From a virus (taxonomy: Duplodnaviria; Heunggongvirae; Uroviricota; Caudoviricetes), in the IMG/VR virus record IMGVR_UViG_3300006217_000002: a stretch of DNA of 64,000 nucleotides; one strand, given 5' to 3'. Under the pieces are notes generated by a model. The model ran no database searches and was not told the origin of the DNA. It worked only from the letters and a program-made list of their open reading frames with translations. Position numbers and translations under genes: made by a program. Below are positions 9,896 through 20,384 of the stretch, in pieces (position 1 is the first letter of the stretch; each line of letters opens with the position of its first letter).

Positions 9896-10170
9896 TCCTC
9901 CTTATCCCAATTATCAAGCTCTACATCAAACCCACAAGCTCTCAATATTTTAGATGAATGCTTATAGTTATTCCCGTAAAATGTATGAGTCGATAAATAA
10001 ACATCTAAATTTTGAATTTGTCTCATATAGCTTTTCTTTTTCGTGTAAGGTTTTTTATTCTTAGCTCTTAACCATCCGCAACAATTATCAGTATCTACTT
10101 CAAGTATATGAGTTTTTGATTCATTTGGAATTTCAGATAATTCTTTCCAATCTTTTATAAAAGTACTCAT
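9892..10170 (-). CDS. Hypothetical phage protein
   Basis: 92-aa ORF with AAGGAG SD, overlapping the next start. Confidence 0.7.
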   Translation of the reverse strand: MSTFIKDWKELSEIPNESKTHILEVDTDNCCGWLRAKNKKPYTKKKSYMRQIQNLDVYLSTHTFYGNNYKHSSKILRACGFDVELDNWDKEE

Positions 10171-10189
10171 TAATAATCTCCTTATAAAA

Positions 10190-10225
10190 ATAAATGATAG
10201 CGGAAATCATTCCGCTATCATTTAT
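10190..10225. terminator. Hairpin terminator
   Basis: ATAAATGATAGCGGAA-ATCA-TTCCGCTATCATTTAT. Confidence 0.75.
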
Positions 10226-10246
10226 CGATTACTGATACTTATTTAA

Positions 10247-10789
10247 TTAACGATAGTTGATACCGTTATATGCATCGAACTGGGACATGATATCTCCACG
10301 TTCTCTGTTATTCTCCCAAGCCTCTCTCTGGTTGATTCTCTTAACAACCTGCTTGGATACTTTAGCGAATCTCGGAAGCGCCTGTTTCAAAGTGATGAAC
10401 ATCTTAGTATCATCAGCGTCTCCTCCAAGTTTAACGCTGTAGAACTGGATCTGATTTACAAGCTCAAGCAACTCATTTGCTTTGATCTCGTAAGGATTAA
10501 TCCATTTTCCAGTATCAGGATCTTTCTTAATAACCAGCGGCTTGATAGGGAATGAAGCACCGCAGATTGTACATTTCCAGTTACCCGGTCTCTCAGGATC
10601 ATGTATAACTGTAGGGGTCTCACCCTTCTTCCTGATAATCCAGTGAACACAGGTCTTCTTTACTTTCTTGATGACCTTTTTGTTCTTGGACTTAAACTTA
10701 TATCTATCACCTTTCTTCTTCACAAGATCGGTGATTCCTTCCATAAGACGCCTGGTCTCTTTCTCTACTTTTACTTTCTTCTTAGCCAT
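10247..10789 (-). CDS. Basic protein with probable Zn site (CxH...CxxC)
   Basis: TCVHW and KCTICG; Lys-rich N-terminus; AAGGAGG SD. Confidence 0.65.
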   Translation of the reverse strand: MAKKKVKVEKETRRLMEGITDLVKKKGDRYKFKSKNKKVIKKVKKTCVHWIIRKKGETPTVIHDPERPGNWKCTICGASFPIKPLVIKKDPDTGKWINPYEIKANELLELVNQIQFYSVKLGGDADDTKMFITLKQALPRFAKVSKQVVKRINQREAWENNRERGDIMSQFDAYNGINYR

Positions 10790-10810
10790 GATTTAAGTAC
10801 CCTCCTTATA

Positions 10811-11824
10811 TTAAGACAGATATAATTCATTAGCGGAATTATCGTCGATTAATTCCTGAACAACTTCTTTGATGGTGCTATAAGGACTATTGCTGTTGGC
10901 ATGATCAGTGAATTTGATTACACGTTTTGTATCATTCTTATAGCTCTCAGCAGTCTTTCTGCGCTTGATATACTGCTTTAAGATATCCTTAAGCTGTCTC
11001 TTCTTCAATCCATCGAAATAGATCAGAGTTCTCTCAATGAGGCCTTCATGGAGTTCTTTCTGATTATCAGTGAACTTAGCACTCTTATTAGAAGACTTCT
11101 GAAGAATAAACTCAGAGAAGAATCCTTCTAAGAAATCTTTCTTCTTAATAGATTTCTTCTTATCGATCTTTGAAACAGCTTTAAGTACAGTATCAATATC
11201 AACTTCAGAATGTTCTGAAATTTCATACATCTGCTGGATAAGTTTCTTATACCACTGACGGTTATTCTTAAACAGCTTGGTTGTAGGAATTACAGTTGCA
11301 AACTGATATGCCATCTCCGGATCAAGACCCATATTGCGATATCTCTTAATTTCTTTCTTCAGGATCTTTTCACAGAATTCAACCAGAGATTCAGTATCAA
11401 GATTTTTTCCGATTTCTTTTTCTTCTTCGCTGATGTTATCGGAATTATAATACACCAGCGTATTCATGATCATATGAGGCAAGAAGATCATGTTAGGATA
11501 ACTATCAGGAGACTTTCTGTAAATCTTTGCAATTCTCTTCATGATCTTAGGATTACAAATGATGTTATCTACTCCTTTTTCTACCTTTCTGATTTTCTTG
11601 TTCTCAGGATTTTCAGCAAGGATCTTCACAGCTTTATTCAGCCCTGTAATAGCATGTTCTGAATATTCTTTATCGAGTCTCTTCTCGTTATGTTTTCTTT
11701 CACGCTTGCTGATACCCTTGCCTTTCAGCCTTATGTTATGCTTTTTAGCAAATTTCTTTGGAGACATACGAAGATCAAGAACTGACTTTGGAATCTTAAT
11801 CTTCTTTTTACTTTTCTTAGCCAT
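10811..11824 (-). CDS. Lys-rich hypothetical protein (possible nucleic-acid binding)
   Basis: 337-aa ORF, very basic N-terminus, AGGAGG SD. Confidence 0.7.
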   Translation of the reverse strand: MAKKSKKKIKIPKSVLDLRMSPKKFAKKHNIRLKGKGISKRERKHNEKRLDKEYSEHAITGLNKAVKILAENPENKKIRKVEKGVDNIICNPKIMKRIAKIYRKSPDSYPNMIFLPHMIMNTLVYYNSDNISEEEKEIGKNLDTESLVEFCEKILKKEIKRYRNMGLDPEMAYQFATVIPTTKLFKNNRQWYKKLIQQMYEISEHSEVDIDTVLKAVSKIDKKKSIKKKDFLEGFFSEFILQKSSNKSAKFTDNQKELHEGLIERTLIYFDGLKKRQLKDILKQYIKRRKTAESYKNDTKRVIKFTDHANSNSPYSTIKEVVQELIDDNSANELYLS

Positions 11825-11939
11825 AAATACTTCCTCCTAAATTGTGGATTATTTGTTGTTTTAACTTTTACAGTTATATGGATTATCACATATTATGGGC
11901 AATAATATATCAGTGATACTTTTATAGAATATATCATTT

Positions 11940-12512
11940 TTAATGATACCCTATTTTCTGATCTATACCAGCATCAAATCTATATGAATAACGACCAACA
12001 TTACAAAAGCCCGATTTGGTTTTTATTCTATAACCATATGGCTTATCATGCATTATAGTATTAATTTCTGCAATTGAAAAATAATTCATTCCATTCCTCA
12101 ATAGAGCTGTATGATCTATATCAGAAACTTTTTTCATTTCATGTTTATACAATAATGAACCATGAAAACCTACTTTATGATCATCTTCTGAATATACTGG
12201 TATCATTTCATCTTCTGTTACTATTACATCTCTACCGATGAGAAAATAGTCTCTATTATATGGAACCTTAAATTTGGTAATTGATAAAATCGATGTCCAA
12301 CCGTCTAAATCTTTAATCATAAAATCATTAAGATAAACTGTATCATGATCGGTAAGTCTAATCTCCCATACTTTCTGAAAACCATTTTCATCATAATCAT
12401 CAGTAAAACTAATGTTTAGATGAAAGTATGGAACTATATGACCAAGATATATGTTATGAATGGAATTGTTCTTGATATCAAGTATAGTTACAATATTACT
12501 TGCTGATAGCAT
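11940..12512 (-). CDS. Stand-alone degenerate Hint (intein-like) domain protein
   Basis: IKDLDGWTSILSI, VIVTEDEMIPVY (block-B-like, His missing), YGYRIKTKSGFCNVG (block-F-like); no Cys1 or terminal HN; start overlaps ligase stop. Confidence 0.5.
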   Translation of the reverse strand: MLSASNIVTILDIKNNSIHNIYLGHIVPYFHLNISFTDDYDENGFQKVWEIRLTDHDTVYLNDFMIKDLDGWTSILSITKFKVPYNRDYFLIGRDVIVTEDEMIPVYSEDDHKVGFHGSLLYKHEMKKVSDIDHTALLRNGMNYFSIAEINTIMHDKPYGYRIKTKSGFCNVGRYSYRFDAGIDQKIGYH

Positions 12513-14647
12513 TAAACTATCACCTCCTTTAACGCATCTTTCTGTTCTCTTCCGTTTAAAGCTATTATCTTGATTCCTCTATCCTTTGCTTTATTTACTT
12601 TTGAAGATTCAAAATCATCATTAGGTATCACTAATGCTTTAGCGCTGTTAATCCAATTATCGCTTGCTTCAAGATTGTGTTCTCTCAAGAATTGAATAGC
12701 TTCATCATCTGCTCTACATCCGCTAAACACTACTTTTCCGATACTAGAGTTCAACTTATGAATTGACTCTTCAAGTTTAACTTCTTCCAGTAGTTTTTCC
12801 AATTCATTTCTGATCTTGGTATTCTTAAAATACTCTATTACTATCTTGGATTTAGCCTCTCCTATACCATTGATTTCATTAAGCATGGCGTATAACAGAT
12901 CAAAGTTTTTAAGTTCTATCATATTAAGAAATTTAGTTAAACTTATGCAAGAAAATATAAGTTTAAATGTCTTAATTGACATTCCCTCAATACCAATAGA
13001 TCCGAAAAATTCGTAATCGAACAATTTACGTTTAGCTTCAATCTCTGCTATGATTTTTCTTGTCTTAAGTTTTCCGAACCCTTCCAAGTTCTCAATTTCA
13101 GCTGTCTTCTTTCTAAGCTTATATAAACTTCTGATACCATGTTTCAATAATCCCATCGAATATAATGTATCCAAAGTTTGGTATCCAATATTTTGAATTC
13201 TTAAGTTGGAACAATAATTCATTATCCTTCCAACTATTCTTGATGGACACTCTGGATTTGTACACTGAACTTGAACTTTAGTTAGATCAAGGTCTGCTCT
13301 ACATCTTGGGCATTTATCGACAAACTTAATTTTTCTACCATGCTGTATTCTTCTACAATTACTGTCAATAGTTACATACGGTATGATGTCGTATAATACT
13401 TTGACTTCATCTCCATATGATAATCCAAGCTCGTCAAATCTTTCTTTATTAGATAATGAAATGTGATTGATTGTATTACCTTTTAAGATCACATCATTAG
13501 TTACTAATACAGGAGTAATGAAACCAAACTCAGATACATAGAACTCTACTCGCTTTACTTTGGAATATGCATATTCTTCTGTAAACTTATATGCTACTTC
13601 GAAGTTGTTAATGTTATTATCTCTTCCCAATGCTTTCTTAATATCATCATCGAGAATAGTCATAACAGCTCCATCTGTTCTTAGTCTCATTCCGTTAATA
13701 TTTATCCAGCGATTATTGTTTGCAAATTCTTTAATCTTATCCCTATCTCCGAATGTACAAATCATGGTCGGAAATTTTTCTATTAACTGTGGATGAATTT
13801 GTTCAACCTCATCTCCTGGATGCATAATCCTTAATGGTACCGGATACAAGAAATCTGCTTTAAAATCTGCTTCATTGGAATTAAGAGTAGCAGTAACTAC
13901 TTGTCTAGAATTCTTATAAGGCTTAAAGTTTGCATGTACAAGTAATTCATTTATCTTCTCTTTATTTTCCTCAGAAATCATTACTTCAAATTTCTGTCCA
14001 TTCTCCTCTTCTCCACAGAATAAATCATTGAATATATTCATGATATGACTTACATCAGATGCTCTATTATTACGAGTATCACCTCTTGTAATCCATACAG
14101 GTTTATCTCCGTTCCATTCAAGAATACAAGATGCTCCATCAAATTTTGGCTGGACTAATACTTTCACTTTGTTGAGATCAATATCTTTTCCAGTGTTCCT
14201 TCTATATAAAGCTTCAGTGCTTCTTATCCACTCATCAAGATACTTTCTGGACTTATTCGTTCTCACTTCATCTGGATATAAATAATAAGTTTTATCCAAT
14301 GTACCTCTTAAGTTTTGAAATCTGTGACTAACTTTCTTGGAATCATTTATCTCAACAGATCCTGATAATCTAGGAATACCCATATCAATAAGCATTTCCT
14401 GTAATGTATCATACGTTGAATCTGATACAGGTGAGTCTATAGATGAATTATATAATATCTGCAGTATACCTACTATTGCATGTAACTCCTGTAATTGAGA
14501 ATCTTTTAATGGTTCCTTCGAAATATTTTCAATATGAGCATAATAATTTATGCGTTTCATTTTTTCTTTAGAAGATATTTCATCATAAGCCTGTTGAGGA
14601 CTTACTATATTGAAAGTTAAATCACTAAATAACTTTTCAAAAGTCAT
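12512..14647 (-). CDS. ligA: NAD-dependent DNA ligase
   Basis: SDSTYD, adenylation motif QPKFDGAS, TRGD, RTDGAV, AYKF, Cys4 Zn finger CPRC..CTNPEC, HhH repeats, C-terminal BRCT-like domain. Confidence 0.95.
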   Translation of the reverse strand: MTFEKLFSDLTFNIVSPQQAYDEISSKEKMKRINYYAHIENISKEPLKDSQLQELHAIVGILQILYNSSIDSPVSDSTYDTLQEMLIDMGIPRLSGSVEINDSKKVSHRFQNLRGTLDKTYYLYPDEVRTNKSRKYLDEWIRSTEALYRRNTGKDIDLNKVKVLVQPKFDGASCILEWNGDKPVWITRGDTRNNRASDVSHIMNIFNDLFCGEEENGQKFEVMISEENKEKINELLVHANFKPYKNSRQVVTATLNSNEADFKADFLYPVPLRIMHPGDEVEQIHPQLIEKFPTMICTFGDRDKIKEFANNNRWININGMRLRTDGAVMTILDDDIKKALGRDNNINNFEVAYKFTEEYAYSKVKRVEFYVSEFGFITPVLVTNDVILKGNTINHISLSNKERFDELGLSYGDEVKVLYDIIPYVTIDSNCRRIQHGRKIKFVDKCPRCRADLDLTKVQVQCTNPECPSRIVGRIMNYCSNLRIQNIGYQTLDTLYSMGLLKHGIRSLYKLRKKTAEIENLEGFGKLKTRKIIAEIEAKRKLFDYEFFGSIGIEGMSIKTFKLIFSCISLTKFLNMIELKNFDLLYAMLNEINGIGEAKSKIVIEYFKNTKIRNELEKLLEEVKLEESIHKLNSSIGKVVFSGCRADDEAIQFLREHNLEASDNWINSAKALVIPNDDFESSKVNKAKDRGIKIIALNGREQKDALKEVIV

Positions 14648-14672
14648 TATTTTAACCTCCTTTATTAAATAG

Positions 14673-15113
14673 CTAACCTATTCTGATCATAATATTTGTT
14701 GTACCGTGAATTATATCTTCATCGATATACGTATGAATAGTATCTGCTATTTCAACTAATAGATTTGTGCATTCTGTACAAATAGCTTCGTCTGCTTTCT
14801 TTATATATTCAGATTGTAATTGTTTTGCTTTATCTTCAAATTCTATTCGTATTTCATCCAATTCGACACGATATAAATCTTTTACATTATCGCAAGTCGC
14901 TTCAGTCATTTGTTCGATATATTTAGATTCTAACTCTTTTAAAACTTCTTCAAATCTTATACGTTCTTCTTCTAATTCATTGTGATATTCCTCTTTTAAT
15001 TTATTACATATTTCATTACTGACATTTTCCATTTTTTCTCGTGTACGTTTTTGTATAGATTTTTCAAAGTCAAAATAGCTAATTCTATCACTCAGCATTG
15101 ATTTATATGCCAT
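14673..15113 (-). CDS. Coiled-coil hypothetical protein
   Basis: Start moved to ATG15113 (AAGGAGG SD); the ORF-track start lies inside a hairpin. Confidence 0.65.
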   Translation of the reverse strand: MAYKSMLSDRISYFDFEKSIQKRTREKMENVSNEICNKLKEEYHNELEEERIRFEEVLKELESKYIEQMTEATCDNVKDLYRVELDEIRIEFEDKAKQLQSEYIKKADEAICTECTNLLVEIADTIHTYIDEDIIHGTTNIMIRIG

Positions 15114-15137
15114 ATATAACCTCCTTATTTGCATAAA

Positions 15138-15169
15138 TATAGATGGGGATATTGTAATCCCCATCTATA
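15138..15169. terminator. Hairpin terminator downstream of topoisomerase gene
   Basis: TATAGATGGGGAT-ATTGTA-ATCCCCATCTATA. Confidence 0.7.
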
Positions 15170-15183
15170 CTCATAATATACAT

Positions 15184-17532
15184 TTAGTTTAGCTTCACCT
15201 TTACAACGTTAGATGAGCTACTGGTCATATCTTTAGATACCATCTTCTTAGGAAGTTCTGACATTGTAGATTCTTTAATCTTAGAAACATCAACAACTTC
15301 GCTTGTTCCATCTGCAAAGAATAACGATACTTTATCGAACTTATTACAACCTATCACGCTTAACAATCTATCTCTATCTGATAGAGATATTAAGCTCACC
15401 ATTGAATCGTGTTTTGATGATCTTACAGGTAAATACTCGATGTTGTTTAGACGCTGTTTAGCCTTCACAGTTGTATACAGAAGGTATGCATTTTCTGCAG
15501 GATTTATTGCGAATACTCCGCATATCTCATCATCTGGTTCGAGTTTAAAACCATTACCTCCTTTAGCAAGTGGAGATGTAATCTTGATAGAAGTATTTTC
15601 AAGCCGCTGACCATATCCTTCCTTTGTATATACGAGAAGCTCTCTGGAAGTATTCTGAGCCAACATAATACCTCTTACGATCTTATCTCCAGAATCCAAA
15701 CTTATGCACGGTTTCTTAGATGGTCCAATATCAGAAATTCTAATACGTTTAACTGTACCCATCTTAGATATTAAAGTACAGCATTTATCCGAATCACTTG
15801 GAAGCATAGCAATAATGTTTCCATCAAGAGACTTCCTAGCATATCTATTTACAGGTACTTCTGTATCAATAGGAATATCTTTAGCACGTATAAATGTATG
15901 ATATCCATTGTCGTCAATTATAATAAATGATGAATCATTATCTATCAATACAGCAAACCCGTTACAATCAGTAGGAATAGGTTCTTCATCTGCATTTGTT
16001 GCTACTCTTCGCAATATAGTTCCATCGCTTGATAACTGAAGAACACAATACCCTTCAACTTCAGATGATACAGAAATTTTATACGGAACTACATTAGACT
16101 TTCTATTAGTTCCAAATCTCTTAATACCATCTCTCAATTCAGCAATGATAAGATTATCAATACCATTTTCTGAATTAAGAGTGTTTTCTACTTCCTCGAT
16201 CTCTGTATATAATTCTTCTCTCCTCTTAAGGCAGTTTTCATATGATTCAATTGTTAATTCTGAGAATCTCATGTTTGATAATGTCTTTGCCTGAACTGAA
16301 TCCATCCTGATTTCACTGTCTCTGTATCTATTTAGGAGATTTCTCTGAATATCTTCAAGATTTTTACTTTTTCTGAATATCTTTATAGTTTCTTCAAGAT
16401 TTCGTTCGTTTAGAATAAAGATCTTGACATCATTAGTTCTTTGCTCAGTGAATAGTCTTGTACGTTTATTTGATACAACTACTCTCTTCTGTTCGCGGCG
16501 ATATTTAATCCATTCAAGAAGAAGATCCTTAATACTGTAATCAACACTTTCGTAGTCATTTGTCACAGTAATATTTACTGGATAAACCTTTTCTAAACCA
16601 GCTACTTCCTTTATCAGCTTTCTGATAAACTTATATGGATTAACATCATCTCTGATCATTAGTTGAATTTCGATTGCTTTGCCTGATAAATCATTCATTG
16701 TGATTAATTCAGGAAGCCCATTTTTCTCCTTAATATCAGCAATCTTTTCTCTAATATTATTTGCTGTAACCTGATCCGGTAAGCTTGTTATTGTAATAAT
16801 ATTAGTTTCTGCGTCTACTTCATATGTACAACGCTGAGTATAAGATCCTGTACCAGTGTTGCACATTTTAGCAAAATCTTTTTCGATAATATCAGCACCT
16901 GTAGGAGAATCAGGTATTAATACAATAGGAGCATCAGGATGTTTCATCAATAAAATAGTAGCCTCTACTACTTCTCTGAAATTGAAACATGGTATATTAG
17001 AACTTGCTCCATAACCAATACCAAGGCATCCGTTCAATAATATATTTGGATATTTTGCAGGAAGATATATTGGCATCTTAGTTTCTTCATCATATCCCAT
17101 TTCCATATCAACAACACTATCTTTCCAGTCCTCAAAGAAACAAGCAATACAATATTTACTAAGTCTTGCTTTAATGTATCTTGATGCACCTGAAGGATCT
17201 CCTGACACTGTACCAAAGTTACCTTCTCCTTCAACCAATGGGATTATATTATGCCATTCCTGAGTTATATTGACAATTGCATCTTCAATACTAACTGGAC
17301 TATGAGGGTGTACTCGTCCAAAAGTATCACCTGAAATAGTTGCAAGCTTACGGAATTTTTCACCTTTATCCTTCAATGACATGATGTATATTGCTCTACG
17401 CTGAACAGGTTTCAGACCATCAATAAAGTCTGGAGCAATTCTATAAATATTAGTATTAGCTCCCTTAATCTTATCATATGTCTCAGCTAACTCAGCAATA
17501 TTTCTGTCAATAAATTTTTCACTAAATTCCAT
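15184..17532 (-). CDS. gyrA: Type IIA topoisomerase subunit A (GyrA/ParC-like)
   Basis: DGLKPVQRR, HPHS, GEGNFG, catalytic GASRYIKARL, PNILLNG..GIGYG..SNIP, beta-pinwheel-like C-terminal repeats; no B subunit in window. Confidence 0.9.
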   Translation of the reverse strand: MEFSEKFIDRNIAELAETYDKIKGANTNIYRIAPDFIDGLKPVQRRAIYIMSLKDKGEKFRKLATISGDTFGRVHPHSPVSIEDAIVNITQEWHNIIPLVEGEGNFGTVSGDPSGASRYIKARLSKYCIACFFEDWKDSVVDMEMGYDEETKMPIYLPAKYPNILLNGCLGIGYGASSNIPCFNFREVVEATILLMKHPDAPIVLIPDSPTGADIIEKDFAKMCNTGTGSYTQRCTYEVDAETNIITITSLPDQVTANNIREKIADIKEKNGLPELITMNDLSGKAIEIQLMIRDDVNPYKFIRKLIKEVAGLEKVYPVNITVTNDYESVDYSIKDLLLEWIKYRREQKRVVVSNKRTRLFTEQRTNDVKIFILNERNLEETIKIFRKSKNLEDIQRNLLNRYRDSEIRMDSVQAKTLSNMRFSELTIESYENCLKRREELYTEIEEVENTLNSENGIDNLIIAELRDGIKRFGTNRKSNVVPYKISVSSEVEGYCVLQLSSDGTILRRVATNADEEPIPTDCNGFAVLIDNDSSFIIIDDNGYHTFIRAKDIPIDTEVPVNRYARKSLDGNIIAMLPSDSDKCCTLISKMGTVKRIRISDIGPSKKPCISLDSGDKIVRGIMLAQNTSRELLVYTKEGYGQRLENTSIKITSPLAKGGNGFKLEPDDEICGVFAINPAENAYLLYTTVKAKQRLNNIEYLPVRSSKHDSMVSLISLSDRDRLLSVIGCNKFDKVSLFFADGTSEVVDVSKIKESTMSELPKKMVSKDMTSSSSNVVKVKLN

Positions 17533-17646
17533 TTTATCTTTCCTCCTAATATTTTATTTTTTTGAATATTAATTGATAAAGTTAAAAGCTAATTGACTTA
17601 TCAAACACCACCATCCTAAAAATATTTTATTGTCAATCTTACTATC

Positions 17647-17675
17647 ATAATATATAATTAGTAATTATATATTCT
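17647..17675. promoter_or_regulatory. Back-to-back putative early promoters (TATATATTAT on - strand 17647-17656; TATATATTCT on + strand 17666-17675)
   Basis: Motif copies face gyrA and 17710..18501. Confidence 0.6.
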
Positions 17676-17709
17676 TTGCTAAATAAAACAAAGTCAAGGA
17701 GGGTTCATT

Positions 17710-18501
17710 ATGAATTCAACAGATAATCTTTTAAACGATCCATTCAATAAAATAGAATTAGACTTATCTAGTATAGTAAGTCAATTCAAAAATCCATCAG
17801 TTATTCCTATAAGTAGAGATACTTACAATGCAATGAAAGAACATGATTTAGCAATATATGTGATGGCAGAATATCCACATGAAGTATATTATGGAGATTC
17901 ATTAATTCACAAAGGTATGGAGGAAGAAGTAGATAGAAAGGTAAAATATTATATGTCTTATGATCCTGAGAAGAGAGAATATGTCATATATATGAGCGAA
18001 CCTGGTAAGATGTACATATATCCTTTATTAAGTGAAATGACAGAAGTAGAGAGATATAAAGATCCTCAATCTTGTATAGACGCATTAAAACGTTATACAC
18101 TTAGGGGATTTTCTGGATCAGTTCCAAATTCTATATATACAGCTATTACTTCTTACAGATTATCTAATCTGACATTAAATCAATCTATCATGAGTATCAT
18201 TTCAATTTTGGGTTATGGAGAAACAGCTGAATTCCAAATGCTTATAGAGACAGGTACAATTTATAATCTCAATAATGAGAAATATAAAACTAAATTACCT
18301 AAAGAATTCTTAGCGTTACTTCAACCTTTAGACAACCAATCTCCAAATGTATTATATAAATTATACAATGGAGTATATGGGATATTTCTTAAATATGGAT
18401 TTTTCCAAGATAAGAAATATAATCCCGATGTTACTGACGAAATTGATTTAAGTGATCCTATAAGAGATATCATGTCTTTATTCTTATTTGGCTCGAAATA
18501 A
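17710..18501 (+). CDS. Hypothetical protein
   Basis: 263-aa ORF with AAGGAGG SD. Confidence 0.7.
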   Translation: MNSTDNLLNDPFNKIELDLSSIVSQFKNPSVIPISRDTYNAMKEHDLAIYVMAEYPHEVYYGDSLIHKGMEEEVDRKVKYYMSYDPEKREYVIYMSEPGKMYIYPLLSEMTEVERYKDPQSCIDALKRYTLRGFSGSVPNSIYTAITSYRLSNLTLNQSIMSIISILGYGETAEFQMLIETGTIYNLNNEKYKTKLPKEFLALLQPLDNQSPNVLYKLYNGVYGIFLKYGFFQDKKYNPDVTDEIDLSDPIRDIMSLFLFGSK

Positions 18502-18529
18502 CAAATACCGTATTTCTTCATTTTATGTA

Positions 18530-18539
18530 TATATATTAT
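18530..18539 (+). promoter_or_regulatory. Putative early promoter TATATATTAT
   Basis: Recurrent motif. Confidence 0.6.
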
Positions 18540-18597
18540 AAAAGTAAGAAATAAAGAATAAGACATAAATTTTGCAAACTTTTATTGCAGGAAAGGA

Positions 18598-18978
18598 GTG
18601 TACAGTGTGCTTATAGAATTTCTTAATGAACCAATTAAGGTCGATAAGAAAGAGTTCGCCAAAGATTTGAGGATCAACATAACAGAGCAAAAACAAATGC
18701 GTCTGAAAATAACTTTCTATGATCCGAAGAATGAAGGTGGATTTATACCTTTAGATCTGGTGGTTTATTCTATCGATACTCCGCGTATTGATGGACTGGG
18801 TCTCAGCTTTGGATTGAACGGTAAGGAGCTGGGTAGAAACATTCCGTTCAAGTTGAAGTTACATCTTGATATAATCAAACGTAAATGGAAATTAACAGGA
18901 TGCTTCAACAACAAGGATCTCAATAAGACTATGAACGATATAAGCGAAGTAGTTACTTGTATAAGAGATCTATTATAA
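18598..18978 (+). CDS. Hypothetical protein (likely start GTG18607)
   Basis: AAGGAG SD at about 18593. Confidence 0.65.
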   Translation: MYSVLIEFLNEPIKVDKKEFAKDLRINITEQKQMRLKITFYDPKNEGGFIPLDLVVYSIDTPRIDGLGLSFGLNGKELGRNIPFKLKLHLDIIKRKWKLTGCFNNKDLNKTMNDISEVVTCIRDLL

Positions 18979-19029
18979 GTCAGCAAAGAAAATAAAATAA
19001 AAAATTATTCATTTAAGGAGGAACTAACT

Positions 19030-19803
19030 ATGAAACTCGGAAAGAAGAAAAACTGCAGAATCGATGAGATCAAGGTAGCAATCGATGAGATCAAAAAGAT
19101 GGTGGACAACCCCAATCTGTCAGAGGATGACTATCTGAAGGGTCGTATCGCTCTCAACATGGCCGTGATCCAGGCGCTGATCGGTGCTGAGTTCCAGAAG
19201 CCCAAGAAGGACGGCAAGGAGTACAGACTCAAATTCAACGGCAAGCTGCCTAACAGGAATGAGCTGGCTGAGATCGTTACAATGCTGAATGATTTCATCG
19301 GCGAGGTTGAGAATCCATTCCTCGAGACGTTGTATGCCTTACCTGAAGCTGATACAGAAGCAGAAGGAGAGGCAGCAGCTGAAGATGACGATATGGAGAT
19401 CGTTCCTGAGGGTGAGCTCTGCGAAAGCAATGTAAACCATATTCCTACTGTGGAGAAGTGGGACGGCAAGAAGCTGAAGAACTATATCTTCGGCTACGAT
19501 GGTAAGAGCGCACTCAGCAGAGCAATGTTGACAGCTACGGATTGCATCAGGCTTTCCGCTATCGGTGAGGAAGTAAGAAAGAAACAGAACCGCAATAAGA
19601 TGTTAATCATTGGCGGAGTAGCATTGCTGATCACCGGCGGCGTAGTAGCAGGAGTTGTAATTCACAATCACAAGAAAGATGACAAAGGTCTCGACGACAT
19701 GATCGATGACATCGAAGATGTGGAGGTTGATGGAGACATTGACGTTGACACAGATATCGATGTCGATGATGATGTCCCGGCTGTGGAAGTAGACGTGGAT
19801 TGA
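19030..19803 (+). CDS. Single-pass membrane protein with Asp/Val-rich tail
   Basis: TM segment MLIIGGVALLITGGVVAGVVI; DVEVDGDIDVDTDIDVDDD tail; visibly higher GC and more C-ending codons. Confidence 0.75.
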   Translation: MKLGKKKNCRIDEIKVAIDEIKKMVDNPNLSEDDYLKGRIALNMAVIQALIGAEFQKPKKDGKEYRLKFNGKLPNRNELAEIVTMLNDFIGEVENPFLETLYALPEADTEAEGEAAAEDDDMEIVPEGELCESNVNHIPTVEKWDGKKLKNYIFGYDGKSALSRAMLTATDCIRLSAIGEEVRKKQNRNKMLIIGGVALLITGGVVAGVVIHNHKKDDKGLDDMIDDIEDVEVDGDIDVDTDIDVDDDVPAVEVDVD

Positions 19804-19820
19804 CGTATCCACGCTACTTA

Positions 19821-19862
19821 AGGGGAGGGGGCGGTAGCTGGTCTGCTGCCCCTTCTTTTTTT
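19821..19862 (+). terminator. Intrinsic terminator
   Basis: GGGGAGGGGGCGGTAG..CTGCTGCCCCTTCTTTTTTT. Confidence 0.75.
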
Positions 19863-19880
19863 GCTTTCTTTTTGTATATA

Positions 19881-19893
19881 AACTAGGATATAA
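19881..19893 (+). promoter_or_regulatory. Putative late promoter AACT-N6-TAA
   Basis: Upstream of gp25-like gene; same spacing as copies before other structural genes. Confidence 0.4.
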
Positions 19894-19919
19894 GTTTTAT
19901 ACGAAAGGATGGTGACAAT

Positions 19920-20384
19920 ATGGCTGCAACGTATGCTGAAACTTCAATTGGATATGATGGAACATTTGCTCTTAATGAATTTAATCAACCAAAGTTATCC
20001 AGTGAAATAGAGACAGTAAAAAATGTTCTCTTATTCATACTATTTGCGAAGCCTGGACAATATCCATCTCTTCCTTATATAGGTCTTAACTTGCAGGAAA
20101 TGTTATATTCTTATTATGATGAAATAAATGAAACTGACCTGAAGAATAAATGTTGTGAACAGTGTAAAATGCTTGGAGTTTATATTCAAAATAATGTAAT
20201 AGACTTTAAGAAAACTATCTATCAGGGAAAGCCATCTTTGATGATTCATATTGAAGGAACTGAAACATATCCTAATGGTTATATGGCTGATAAAGTAGGA
20301 AATTCTACAAAATATCTAATAGGCATAACGCTGAATGATATTAACGAGATGATTTATAATACTAATAAGGAAGGAGGATACTAA
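19920..20384 (+). CDS. T4 gp25/GPW-like baseplate wedge (sheath initiator)
   Basis: VKNVLLFILFAKPGQYPSLPYIG..L..MLY matches gp25-family pattern. Confidence 0.65.
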   Translation: MAATYAETSIGYDGTFALNEFNQPKLSSEIETVKNVLLFILFAKPGQYPSLPYIGLNLQEMLYSYYDEINETDLKNKCCEQCKMLGVYIQNNVIDFKKTIYQGKPSLMIHIEGTETYPNGYMADKVGNSTKYLIGITLNDINEMIYNTNKEGGY

